From: a virus
Lineage: Duplodnaviria > Caudoviricetes
Virus record (IMG/VR): IMGVR_UViG_3300037264_009246
Location: 1 to 54,970 of that record
Direction: 5' to 3' (one strand)
DNA: 54,970 nucleotides
The notes under the pieces were generated by a model. The model searched no databases. It saw nothing but the letters and a program-made list of their open reading frames with translations, and was not told where the DNA came from. Positions 8,638 through 18,464 of this stretch are shown in pieces. Positions within the stretch are counted from its first letter, which is position 1. Each line of letters starts with the position of its first letter. The position numbers and the translations under genes were made by a program.

Positions 8638-11181
8638 ATGGTTAGTTTTCCAATTCCTTCGCAAGTGCCCGGAGCTGACAGGGCAACAGTTGATATAGCT
8701 GCGGCGCTGAAAGCAATGCCCGATCCATGTGGATTCGCTGCAAAATCAGTATTTATAGTTGCTATAGCTAAACCAACAAACACATCTTTACCATTATATT
8801 TACCTGTATCTGGTGCAACTGTAGAGGGTAGAGTTTCATCAATGGGGCTAACTGTAAAATCATTATCAGCCTTTGCAGACCTGAAAGGTATTACTTATTC
8901 CTGTATATCCATTATGCCCTGGTGGGTTGGTATCACGTATGAATTTAGAGTTAAACAATATAATGTTGATTTTGGAAATGGTTTCGGACAGTATAGTAAA
9001 TGGAAATTTGCTACAGACATCGTAGTCTTTGAGGGTAAAATAGATATCCCATGCGTAAGCGGGACTTTTCCTATAAATGCAGACTTCTTAAACCTAATAC
9101 CCAGGGTATGGTCTGATCCCATATCGATTAACGTTCCTGGATACAAAACAATCACACCCACAGGTATGCCGTTTACCATTTACGTAAACAATGTTGAAAT
9201 TGGCAGCGGAACATTTACCGGCGCTCCATTAAGTTTTACTTCTACTAAAAAACTGACTGATATACCAGCATTATTAGCGGCAATGGGTAAGTCAGTTGAA
9301 GTAAAGGCAGTAATTAAATTCGGGGTGTGTGAATGGGTTGGTAGAAAGACGATTACACTACCCGCGCCGCCAGAGGTACCATGCTTAGGGAGTATGATCT
9401 TCAATCTGCCTAATTGGCAAGATATATCAAGCAAGCCGTCACTGCCAGGCACAATACCAATACCATTTACAATAACGGCTGGTTCTGGAGCAACATTGCC
9501 GCCCACCATACCCTTAGTGATTAGTATAGACGGCAGGAAAGTCGCTGATTGGGAGTCTTATAAGGGTGAAAACAGTATGGATATACTGAAAATAATAAAA
9601 GATGGGCTCGGTGTAAGTGCACTAAGTAGCAAACATACAGTTGATATAAAAGTTAATAACGATAAACTCAGAGACTGCAAAATTCCAGCCGAGTCTTTTG
9701 AGATACCAAGTTTATTACCGCCGTGTTCAGGAATTATCAATATCGGGGATTTTGAAGATCTTACACAGATAATAAGCAAACCTTCACTGCCTGGCAGCAT
9801 ACCTGTACCTGTAACCGTAACTGGCAAGAGTTTACCGGCAAGCATGACCCTGTCGATACTTGTAGATGGTACTGAAAGAACGACCAGAACGGTGGTCAAA
9901 GATGGAAGTATAAACATAGATATTCTATCTATAATACGATCACTTCCACTCGGCACTGCTGCACTTAAAGATAGTCATAAAATAGATATAAAATCAAAAC
10001 TGCCTGACTGCGATATACTCCCTGCATTTATTAACGTACCTGCATTAGTAAAGGAAATTATTGAATTTCTAAAAGGGATAATTAAAATCCCTTCAATACC
10101 AAAACCACCTAAAATACCATACCCCATCAACATTTCAATAGACGGCATATTAGAAGGCGGGCCGCCAATATCAAAAGAAGTAGATCCAGGGACTCATAAT
10201 ATCACTGTTGAGCTTAAGGGAATGGCAAATATTTACAGGAAAGTCTATGTGGAATCTGGCGAAACAGTCACTATAACGGATATTGCATTTATTGAAGAGG
10301 TAGTGATAGAGGTATGCCAGATAGGTCAGGAAAGAAAAATCGGCTGTCCTGACGGTACTGAAATAGTAATAGAGAAATGCGAAAAAGATCCGACCACAGG
10401 CATTAACAGGTGGGTGCCAACAGGAAATACGTGCCCTCCTCCTGAAATGGGTAAAATCATTAAGATACTAACATATCCCGCCGGTGCAGCCCTGGAAGCG
10501 TTTGACGGTATGGATGTGACCATAACTGCAAGCGTGGTTTGCGGAGCATCTCCAAGCAGCGGCGAGACTGCGATATTCCTTGTGGACGGGAAAGAAATTT
10601 CAAGGGGTACTACGAGCGGTGGATTTGTATCATTTCCCTGGACAGCCACAGTAGAACCATCTCGAACCCACAAGATATGCGTCAGCATACCCAAAAGCAG
10701 CCAGTGTTCACAATACGGTGAAGCGCGGGACTGTAAGACCATTACAGTGAGCAGGGCAGTACCCGATGTCCTGGAGAGGCTGAAGAAGGAACGGGAATCA
10801 TATTTAGCTCAACTTGAAGCGCAGAGGATAGAGCGTGAAAAGATACGCGAGATATCGCTGACGTTACCGCTGCAGCCCTATGTGCCTGTAGTCACAATAC
10901 CCACAATACCGGAAGTTCCCATAATATCAATTCCTGTTTTGCCACCGGCAGAACAGGTACCCGGGATAATAGATATCCCGGCAGTGACAGCGCCTCCGGG
11001 AGTACCTTACTCTATCGAGATACGGATAGATGGAACTATTATAGGCCCGCCGCCAGTATATAAAGAAGTAACTCCTGGAACCCATACAATTACAATCAGT
11101 TTAAAGGGTTTTACGCCAATATCAAAGAAAGTGAATTTAACAGCAGGTCAGATACTCACGATTCAAGAGGGGTTCATATGA
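8638..11181 (+). CDS. Large Pro-rich multi-domain protein with two PEGA-like domains, putative spike/vertex protein
   Basis: Repeats IDG...KEV(D/T)PGTHxIT(V/I)xLKG and SKPSLPG(T/S)IP. Confidence 0.6.
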   Translation: MVSFPIPSQVPGADRATVDIAAALKAMPDPCGFAAKSVFIVAIAKPTNTSLPLYLPVSGATVEGRVSSMGLTVKSLSAFADLKGITYSCISIMPWWVGITYEFRVKQYNVDFGNGFGQYSKWKFATDIVVFEGKIDIPCVSGTFPINADFLNLIPRVWSDPISINVPGYKTITPTGMPFTIYVNNVEIGSGTFTGAPLSFTSTKKLTDIPALLAAMGKSVEVKAVIKFGVCEWVGRKTITLPAPPEVPCLGSMIFNLPNWQDISSKPSLPGTIPIPFTITAGSGATLPPTIPLVISIDGRKVADWESYKGENSMDILKIIKDGLGVSALSSKHTVDIKVNNDKLRDCKIPAESFEIPSLLPPCSGIINIGDFEDLTQIISKPSLPGSIPVPVTVTGKSLPASMTLSILVDGTERTTRTVVKDGSINIDILSIIRSLPLGTAALKDSHKIDIKSKLPDCDILPAFINVPALVKEIIEFLKGIIKIPSIPKPPKIPYPINISIDGILEGGPPISKEVDPGTHNITVELKGMANIYRKVYVESGETVTITDIAFIEEVVIEVCQIGQERKIGCPDGTEIVIEKCEKDPTTGINRWVPTGNTCPPPEMGKIIKILTYPAGAALEAFDGMDVTITASVVCGASPSSGETAIFLVDGKEISRGTTSGGFVSFPWTATVEPSRTHKICVSIPKSSQCSQYGEARDCKTITVSRAVPDVLERLKKERESYLAQLEAQRIEREKIREISLTLPLQPYVPVVTIPTIPEVPIISIPVLPPAEQVPGIIDIPAVTAPPGVPYSIEIRIDGTIIGPPPVYKEVTPGTHTITISLKGFTPISKKVNLTAGQILTIQEGFI

Positions 11182-11762
11182 TAGATACTCTGTTCGGATG
11201 GTACATATCGGAAAAGTTAAAGGGGAAATTTATAACAGTTACATTCGAGGAATCGCTTGTGGCTGATGATACTGATACGCTATCCCTGGGTGATGCGGTA
11301 GATGGTGTAGCACTGCAACAAATGCTTGAAACTGATAACTTCATTCTTTTTGATGTGATCGCCTACGCAGATCCCGGCTTCGTCAAGGTGAACGTGCTGC
11401 CTGACAATGATACGAGTTTGAAATTCAGGGTAGAAGCTACGAAAAATGCTTTCCGCGTACCTATAATGCCGCCGAAGATGGCTGAAGTGGATCTCGTTCT
11501 TGATTATACGAATGAAAGCCAGCCCAACGATCTGTATGTATCGTTCACTGCAATGAGGATACCGCAGACTAACCTTGATGAGTTCACGGTGCTGAGCGAG
11601 ATCATACCCTCATCATTACAGAACATGGACATCCAAACATTGCAGATAGTACAGCTATTGCAGAACCTTATAGCATTGCAGCAGGGAAAGGAGCAGCCAT
11701 GGACAGTTTCGGTGGCTCAAAAGGAAGCAGTTGAGAAAAAAGATTTCTGTAAGAGGCGGTAG
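11178..11762 (+). CDS. Hypothetical, putative virion protein
   Basis: ATGA-coupled to the upstream gene. Confidence 0.6.
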   Translation: MIDTLFGWYISEKLKGKFITVTFEESLVADDTDTLSLGDAVDGVALQQMLETDNFILFDVIAYADPGFVKVNVLPDNDTSLKFRVEATKNAFRVPIMPPKMAEVDLVLDYTNESQPNDLYVSFTAMRIPQTNLDEFTVLSEIIPSSLQNMDIQTLQIVQLLQNLIALQQGKEQPWTVSVAQKEAVEKKDFCKRR

Positions 11763-11764
11763 CG

Positions 11765-12064
11765 ATGGCGTACATAACCAAAATACAGCCGTATGCCGTG
11801 ATAACGCTTGGAGCTGGTGCACTGGCTAATCTTGCCCAGGGCGCAATTACGCTCAGGGGCGCAAGTGTGGGAACGTGGAAAGCCAATACCATCACAGTGC
11901 TGACCCTGGCAGCCGGGACCCTGAGTTTCAGGCTGGATAAGAACAACAATGATTCGATTGACGCCAGCGCCGGGCTGAAGATCGAGGGCAGTAGATTCAG
12001 GGATATTTTCTGGACAAAGGCTGCGGCGACCACTGCAACGATATTCATTGCGTGGGTGGATTAA
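11765..12064 (+). CDS. Small beta-rich hypothetical, putative virion protein
   Basis: Operon position and RBS. Confidence 0.55.
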   Translation: MAYITKIQPYAVITLGAGALANLAQGAITLRGASVGTWKANTITVLTLAAGTLSFRLDKNNNDSIDASAGLKIEGSRFRDIFWTKAAATTATIFIAWVD

Positions 12065-12707
12065 ATTGAAAATGATAAGCCTTGATCTGATAGAAAAAAA
12101 AGAAAATAAGGAACTGTGTGAGAAAATACTTGAAATGTTCAGTACAGTTCCACAAGGCATGACCGCATTTCAAATACACAAATTTGTTCTTGGTGATTTA
12201 GAGTTTCCAACAGTTGATAGTAAATGGTGGCAGGCCAAACTTGAACTGTGGGTTCGCATACAGAATATCATTATTTCTCACTATGAGTACAGAAAAAAGA
12301 TTGCTAAAACCAAAGAACTAAAAGCCAATATTGATGAAATCGAATACAATAATTCTCAGTTAGATAGTGAAATCAAATCAAAAATCCAGACTTCAAAAAA
12401 CGACTCTATTATAGAATACACTAAGGTCGAGATAGAAGAAAATGAGTTCGCTATTGTCTGTATAAAAAAGAGAATCAATGATGTGCTAAAAGAAATGTGG
12501 GCTTTCTGGGATATAATGCAAGAATTAGAACCAAAGATGAAATTCAGTAAAGATGATAAAGAAAAACAAGAAGAGGAATTTTGGACTAAGAAAGCACTCA
12601 ACACCCCAGAGCTCGTAAATCGTCATAGTGAAGTATTCTTAAAATCAAAAGAAGTAACTGGCTACTATAAAGATATATACAAGAGGAAGAAAACTGAAGA
12701 TCGCTGA
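12048..12707 (+). CDS. Coiled-coil hypothetical protein (start possibly about 12072)
   Basis: Lys/Glu-rich ORF, AT-rich. Confidence 0.6.
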   Translation: MRGWIKLKMISLDLIEKKENKELCEKILEMFSTVPQGMTAFQIHKFVLGDLEFPTVDSKWWQAKLELWVRIQNIIISHYEYRKKIAKTKELKANIDEIEYNNSQLDSEIKSKIQTSKNDSIIEYTKVEIEENEFAIVCIKKRINDVLKEMWAFWDIMQELEPKMKFSKDDKEKQEEEFWTKKALNTPELVNRHSEVFLKSKEVTGYYKDIYKRKKTEDR

Positions 12708-12752
12708 AAAAACCTTATCAACATTAGCGACTGTGATTAAAGCATTGGAGTC

Positions 12753-13013
12753 TTGATTATGTCAATATCGCAGAGATTAAATGAAGTTTTACAGAAGATC
12801 AGACCTGAAGTTGAAACACCTATCATAGTTGAAGTGTATGGCAGCCCGGCAGATCAACAGGGACCGCTTCAGGGTATGGGAATGAGGATAAAATACGTCA
12901 GTAAAACCCTTCCACTGATATACGGGTGGGGAAACAGCGCAGTTATCCAGGCAATAGCATCCCAGGGGTTTGTGAAGGAAGTTTCGTATGATGAACCCAC
13001 GTATGCGCTGTGA
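12753..13013 (+). CDS. Stand-alone subtilisin propeptide (I9-like)
   Basis: PIIVEV...IKYV...FVKEVSYDEPTYAL resembles the end of subtilase prodomains. Confidence 0.6.
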   Translation: MIMSISQRLNEVLQKIRPEVETPIIVEVYGSPADQQGPLQGMGMRIKYVSKTLPLIYGWGNSAVIQAIASQGFVKEVSYDEPTYAL

Positions 13014-13019
13014 GGTATC

Positions 13020-14069
13020 ATGTACCCATTAGCGACAGCATACCCGGAATCCGTGACAATACCGATTTCCAGGGCAGTTGAGATGATCGGTGCCCTGAAA
13101 ATGCACGAACTCGGATTTACTGGAAAGGGCATTAAAGTGGCAGTGCTCGATACCGGCTGTGATTTGGATCATCCAATGATAAAGCCCAACATCATAAAAG
13201 CGGAATCCATGGTTGAAGGTGAATCACCTACTGACGCTCATTCGCATGGAACGTGGGTTGCATCTGCAATAGCCGGTGTTCCTGTCAATACGCCCCAGGG
13301 TCAGATATTCGGTGTGGCGCCGGAAGCCAAGCTGATCATCCTGAAGGTCCTGAGCGATAAAGGATCCGGGAGCATGGCTGACGTGGTGCGCGGCATGGAG
13401 AGGGCGGTTGAACTCGGCGCGGATATCGTGAGTATGTCCCTGGGTTCCCTGTTCGGCACGAACTTAAGTCCGGATTCAAGGACGTTGAACGAGCTGGCTT
13501 CCAGGAGCGGGGTTCTGTTCGTTACTGCAGCAGGAAACTCATTCTCGCCCCTGAGCATAGGAAGCCCGGCATGTGCAGCCCTGAGTATCGGTGTTGGCGC
13601 GGTTGCCATGCAGATCCCTTCAAACGGTTCACCTTCAACGTATTCATCCAAGGGACCCACTCTTGACGGAGTACCCAAACCAGATATCAGCACTTATGGC
13701 GGGAACGTGCTTTCACCTGGTCTTGCGGAGCTGCTGCTTGCAGCCGGGAAGCGCGGCAGTTATTCGGCAATGGCAGGAACATCTATGGCTACGCCAATAG
13801 TCTCCGGCGCCCTGGCTCTGCTCCTGAGCGCGGGAGTACCCAGGAACAGGGCATTATTTGAAGAACTGTTCGCACGGACCGGAGGGCAGCCGCTTAACAC
13901 GATCACAGGCTGGGGCCTGCTCGATGTTATGAAATTGCATGAGGCTGCGGCAGCCGGTGTATTTCCGCTTTTATCTTTGATAGGAAATGTACCTTATGCG
14001 CTTGCTCAGCCGTTGTATCAGCTTATGCCAAAGCCGAAACCGGAGACGATCAGGCTTCAGGTGATTTGA
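13020..14069 (+). CDS. Subtilisin-like S8 serine protease, catalytic domain
   Basis: Triad motifs VAVLDTG, HSHGTWVA and GTSMATP; oxyanion AAGN; no signal peptide. Confidence 0.95.
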   Translation: MYPLATAYPESVTIPISRAVEMIGALKMHELGFTGKGIKVAVLDTGCDLDHPMIKPNIIKAESMVEGESPTDAHSHGTWVASAIAGVPVNTPQGQIFGVAPEAKLIILKVLSDKGSGSMADVVRGMERAVELGADIVSMSLGSLFGTNLSPDSRTLNELASRSGVLFVTAAGNSFSPLSIGSPACAALSIGVGAVAMQIPSNGSPSTYSSKGPTLDGVPKPDISTYGGNVLSPGLAELLLAAGKRGSYSAMAGTSMATPIVSGALALLLSAGVPRNRALFEELFARTGGQPLNTITGWGLLDVMKLHEAAAAGVFPLLSLIGNVPYALAQPLYQLMPKPKPETIRLQVI

Positions 14070-14073
14070 ATTT

Positions 14074-15006
14074 ATGACTGACTACGGCTACACCGCAGGT
14101 GGAGATGATAATATCACCACTACTGAGGAATATGATAGTGTAGCAAATACCTGGACAGTCAAACAGCCCATGAACACAGGTAGAGGGGAACTGGCAGGAT
14201 TTTCATTTAATGGATACGGCTATGCAGCAGGTGGATGGGGGACCAATGCAGTTGTTGAGAAGTATGATAATGCCGCAAACACCTGGACTGCAAAAGCCAG
14301 CCTGAACACAGCGAGATATGGTCTTGCAGGATTTTCACTTAGCGGATATGGCTACACAGCAGGTGGATATGATGCTGGCGCCCTTGCAAATACTGAAAAG
14401 TACGATGAGGGCGCAGATACATGGACTAATAAAGCTAACATGAACTCAGCAAGGGCATTACTGGCAGGGTTTTCACTGAACGGATATGGCTACACAGCAG
14501 GAGGACAGTTAGGTGTTAAAAGTGCGATTACTGGCAAGTATGATGGTGTCGCCAACACATGGACACCTAAAGCAAATCTGAACACAGCCAGAATTGGTCT
14601 TGCAGGATTTTCACTTAATGGATATGGCTACACAGCAGGTGGTACTTTAGTCGGGATCGCTGGTTTCACTCCTGCTACTGAGAAGTATGATGATGTTGCT
14701 AACACATGGACACCGAAAACCGACCTGAACACAGCGAGATGGGGTATATCTGGATTTTCACTGGACGGCTACGGATACACAGCAGGCGGGTATCAAGGTG
14801 GCAACCAATCAGTTACTGAGAAGTATGATGATGTCGCCAATTCTTGGACAGTCAAACAACCCATGAACACATCGAGAAGATATTTGACAGGATTTACAAT
14901 ACAACCAGCAGCAGCAGTGACAAATATCGAAGGTAGATCAATATTCCGAAGTATCGGAGCGTCAGTATCAGGCGGGGTCGCGTGTGGGCGCGGTAAAAAG
15001 AGATGA
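14074..15006 (+). CDS. Kelch-repeat beta-propeller protein
   Basis: About six repeats of GY(T/A)AGG...(E/G)KYD..ANTWT.K..(L/M)NTAR. Confidence 0.9.
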   Translation: MTDYGYTAGGDDNITTTEEYDSVANTWTVKQPMNTGRGELAGFSFNGYGYAAGGWGTNAVVEKYDNAANTWTAKASLNTARYGLAGFSLSGYGYTAGGYDAGALANTEKYDEGADTWTNKANMNSARALLAGFSLNGYGYTAGGQLGVKSAITGKYDGVANTWTPKANLNTARIGLAGFSLNGYGYTAGGTLVGIAGFTPATEKYDDVANTWTPKTDLNTARWGISGFSLDGYGYTAGGYQGGNQSVTEKYDDVANSWTVKQPMNTSRRYLTGFTIQPAAAVTNIEGRSIFRSIGASVSGGVACGRGKKR

Positions 15007-15123
15007 TTGTGTGTAGTGTCCGGGCACCTTTTAAAACGATGGGTCGAAGGAGACTGAGGGTACTAAAGGCGAAGATACCCGGACTGGAATCTACTACACC
15101 ATAATGATTATCATTGATAATAT

Positions 15124-15345
15124 TTAATTCTTTGGTTTAATGCGGTACTCTATTGTTTGACCTGCTTTGGTTCTGCTTATCGATGCTTTGCCCCACTGAT
15201 CAACCACTGCCTCAGTCAGTTTGTTGGTCTTGTAAACCTCTCTTACTCTTTTTAATATGGTGTCATTGCTTTCACCCTTGGATCCAAGACTGGCGATCCA
15301 GTCACGGATTTCCCTGCTAACCTCTATCGTTGTTTTATCACTCAT
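15124..15345 (-). CDS. Small RHH/antitoxin-like DNA-binding protein
   Basis: KTTIEVSREIRDWIASLGSKGESNDTILKR. Confidence 0.6.
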   Translation of the reverse strand: MSDKTTIEVSREIRDWIASLGSKGESNDTILKRVREVYKTNKLTEAVVDQWGKASISRTKAGQTIEYRIKPKN

Positions 15346-15352
15346 CTATACC

Positions 15353-15415
15353 TCCTATAGGAGTTATAACTCCTATAGCTCCTATAAATGTTATGGCTGC
15401 TATAACTGTTATAGA
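15353..15415. repeat. 9-bp-period degenerate repeats and palindromes upstream of the RHH gene
   Basis: ctcctatag gagttataa ctcctatag ctcctataa atgttatgg ctgctataa ctgttatag. Confidence 0.6.
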
Positions 15416-15615
15416 AGCCTCTGGATTAATTTATACCCCTTTTTGTTTCCAGTAATTTTGTTCAGCTTGTCCCTGGCCTGCCGGTAGTTATGATCCTCAA
15501 CCTTGATCTCATCCCCTTCTGCATTTCTGAAAGTGTATTCAGTTGGTGCTGAGAAGGGCTTTTCTCCTGTGATTACTGTTTTTGCTGTCATCTTTTCATA
15601 CCACATTTTAGACAT
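15409..15615 (-). CDS. Hypothetical protein
   Basis: GGAG RBS; co-oriented small gene. Confidence 0.45.
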   Translation of the reverse strand: MSKMWYEKMTAKTVITGEKPFSAPTEYTFRNAEGDEIKVEDHNYRQARDKLNKITGNKKGYKLIQRLL

Positions 15616-15771
15616 ACCGGATTGCTCCTATCATAGACCTTATTCTCCACGAAATTATGACCGTATTTCATCCTGTGGGACGGGTGCCTTCTCTTAAACC
15701 TGGCATTGGCTTTTCTCTTAAGCCTCAGCCTGCGCTCTCGTTTCAGGGGACCGTATCTTTTTGGTCTCATT

Positions 15772-16371
15772 TTACTGGACTGGCTCCCATCCCACCAATT
15801 TCTTTCTAATTTCCATTCTCTCAGTTTCAGTGAATATTGAAGGTATAATCATATAGTGACGCAGGGCCGTAAGTTGTGTATGCCCCTGCCGTAAACACAC
15901 TTCATAGGGTTGAAATCTCGTTGCGAGCATCCAGCATTCAATAGTAGCTCTTGTCATTTTTGCAGTTATTCCTTTTATACCAAGACCTGCATGGTCAGCC
16001 CACCTTTTCAGATTATCATCCCATGTTTGGAGTGTCGGGGGCTTCTTATTCGTGAAAAAATAAGGCAGTTCACCTTCGAGCTGCGGTGGAACCGGAGAAA
16101 TATATCTCTCAGGCATTTGCCTTTTCGCCTTGTTATTAGCTTCTTTTGGAAGGTGTATGACCTTTCTGGATTTCTGCCACCATTCAGGGTGATTGTAAAA
16201 TCTTATGACCTCAGCATACCTCATACCCGAGTAAAGGCACACATTCAGAATCGTCAGCAAGTAAGGTTTATCTATTTGCTGGCATATCTTGTCATAATCG
16301 GATGGACTGAGGATCCGGATCTTATATCCTGTCTGCGTGGTTAAGAAAATAGGTTCTGGCATTAGATTCAT
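15772..16371 (-). CDS. Small tyrosine recombinase (catalytic domain only)
   Basis: SGMRYAE, KMTR (HxxR position), QGHT and RHY motifs. Confidence 0.75.
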   Translation of the reverse strand: MNLMPEPIFLTTQTGYKIRILSPSDYDKICQQIDKPYLLTILNVCLYSGMRYAEVIRFYNHPEWWQKSRKVIHLPKEANNKAKRQMPERYISPVPPQLEGELPYFFTNKKPPTLQTWDDNLKRWADHAGLGIKGITAKMTRATIECWMLATRFQPYEVCLRQGHTQLTALRHYMIIPSIFTETERMEIRKKLVGWEPVQ

Positions 16372-16713
16372 AATTATGAATTAATTAATTCATAAGGTTT
16401 TCTATGTTTTCTAAGTAATAATTTGTAGAAAATTTGCAGGTTTTTAGATGTAATACATCGTTACTAACATAAAACATAAGTATTAAATACACCCCAAATC
16501 ATCGTAATGTGTGATGAGTACAGGACGAAGAATATTGATCCTTGTAATGTACCTGGTATCCGGGTTGCTTTTATTGATACTGGTGTATGACCTGCAGGTG
16601 GGAAACATAGTTTCAGGAGTAAAAGGGGGCGGTACATTACCTCACCAGGTTTATGTTTTGGTCCTGCCTGCACTGTTACATATCATGTATAAAGCTTGGA
16701 AAGGTGAAAGTAT

Positions 16714-17019
16714 ATGGCAAAAATGATCTTGACTATAGAAGTTGTAGATATTACGCGCAAAGGTGAACATCTCGGGTTTAAGGTTTACATAAATGACTTT
16801 GTACAGGCCGCGAAGCTCCCCAGGAAGCCGGGAGATCTCAAGGACCCACACCCGGAAGAGTTGGTATTTTTCAATGAAGAGCACGGGGTTATGCAGAACA
16901 AAAAGGATCACCCTGAGCCTGTTGATTATTACAAACTCACACTTGTAGATTCAATCCAGAGGGCACTTATCGACTGGCAGATATGGAAGGATCAGGGGTA
17001 TAAGAGGGTCCAGAAATGA
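16714..17019 (+). CDS. Hypothetical protein
   Basis: GGTGA RBS; ATGA-coupled to the next gene. Confidence 0.55.
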   Translation: MAKMILTIEVVDITRKGEHLGFKVYINDFVQAAKLPRKPGDLKDPHPEELVFFNEEHGVMQNKKDHPEPVDYYKLTLVDSIQRALIDWQIWKDQGYKRVQK

Positions 17020-17411
17020 ATAATGAGAAGATGGCTGAAGGACCTAAAACGAAAAATATCACTCTTAAAGAATGGCTTGCCGAGGGTGAAAGGCTGTTCG
17101 GCACGGATAAGAAGCAGTGGAAATGGAAATGCTTGAACTGTGGCCATGTGCAGACTATAGCTGATTTCATAGAACTCAGGGATAAGAAAATATTATCTGA
17201 TGATTTCGATCCTGGACAGGTAGTATATTTCTCATGCATTGGCAGATATGATACCAGGATACCTAAAGAGGACGTGGGGACGATTTGGGATAAGAAAAAG
17301 AAAAGTCCATGTAATTATACGCTGGGCGGCCTGTTCTGCTTTGCGAATACTTATGTGATCGATGAATCCGGACAAAGCCATCCAGTATTTGATTTTGCTG
17401 ATGTGAAGTGA
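17016..17411 (+). CDS. VVA0879-like Cys-rich phage protein
   Basis: EWLAEGERLFG...WKWKCLNCG...CIGR...CNYTLGGLF. Confidence 0.6.
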   Translation: MNNEKMAEGPKTKNITLKEWLAEGERLFGTDKKQWKWKCLNCGHVQTIADFIELRDKKILSDDFDPGQVVYFSCIGRYDTRIPKEDVGTIWDKKKKSPCNYTLGGLFCFANTYVIDESGQSHPVFDFADVK

Positions 17412-18121
17412 ATCGAAAAGGATAAATGTATAGAAATCATTGATGATTATCAAGGGGCTGTGGATAATCTCCTTCAGGTGATCATCCCGCAGTTCCTCCA
17501 GACAACCATAGGCAGAAATTGAAACACTTAAAAAGCGTCTCAACTGCAATGCAATATGATGAAAACCCTTAAGGGAATAATCGGATTGCATAGTATTAGA
17601 AAACCCATAAGGGTTTTAAAATCAGCCCTGGGCTAAAGCCCCTTCTCCGGGTTAATCTCCGGAGATGAGAGGGATGATTTTCCTCTTCCCTGTGAAGCCG
17701 GGGGAAGATCCATTAAAACAAGGATCCTGGCTGAGGGATAAAATGAGGATTGTCCTATTCAGGCAAATTGTGAGCTGGATTTTATCACATTTGGGTCAAT
17801 ATTTTAGCGATATCGCGGCAAGATTTCAGTCCTGGCCAGCTCCGATCCGGAGCAGCTCTAAAGATTATCATGGCAATGCCTGACGGTGTACAGAAGTGAT
17901 AAAGTGAATACTCTTTTATCCGGGACCCGCACAGACAAATTTAATATGCATCAGGATCAATGGTGTACTAACATTACGATACCCAAAATACCTGACAAAG
18001 CCCCGACTGCAAGGGTGTACCCCGGATGATGCCGAAAGGCTATAATGGTGTGCCGGTTGGTAAGGTGGCTCAAAGCCTTACCGTAACAAAATGTCTGGCT
18101 GTGGAATGACGGGCATGATAT

Positions 18122-18400
18122 TCACTTATGTACGTGGTCTTTAATTTCCTCATCAATTAATCTCTTTAGAAGTGGTTGTGCCCTTGTGAAATCATCGATA
18201 AGTTCCTGTTCCACAATCTCTTTGATAAAAACCCGGGCCTGTTTATATTCTTCAAGTACTGTTTTATTCTTTCTGTAGAAATCAACGGCATCCTCAATAA
18301 TTTCCCCTTCATACTTTTTTGTCTCTCCGGATTCTTTCCGGATCCAATCCCTGCACTCTTTCGATAATGTTGTGTGAATTGGCTGCTTGTTCATACTCAT
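18122..18400 (-). CDS. RHH-like protein
   Basis: IHTTLSKECRDWI...IIEDAVDFY. Confidence 0.5.
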   Translation of the reverse strand: MSMNKQPIHTTLSKECRDWIRKESGETKKYEGEIIEDAVDFYRKNKTVLEEYKQARVFIKEIVEQELIDDFTRAQPLLKRLIDEEIKDHVHK

Positions 18401-18464
18401 GATTATACATTTAATGGTATATATATATTAAAATATCACTTATTATGCCAATGGTCATGGAGCA

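Noticed and set aside
13011-13013. Selenocysteine or genome-wide TGA recoding
   Set aside because: TGA terminates many other clear genes here, and the position is not catalytic.
14074-15006. Repeats as a CRISPR array or second DGR target
   Set aside because: The repeats are in-frame coding Kelch blades with no similarity to the TR. No CRISPR array was seen anywhere in the window.
15040-15075. Hammerhead ribozyme
   Set aside because: It has CTGAG and CGAAG but not the CUGANGA/GAAA core with correct stems.
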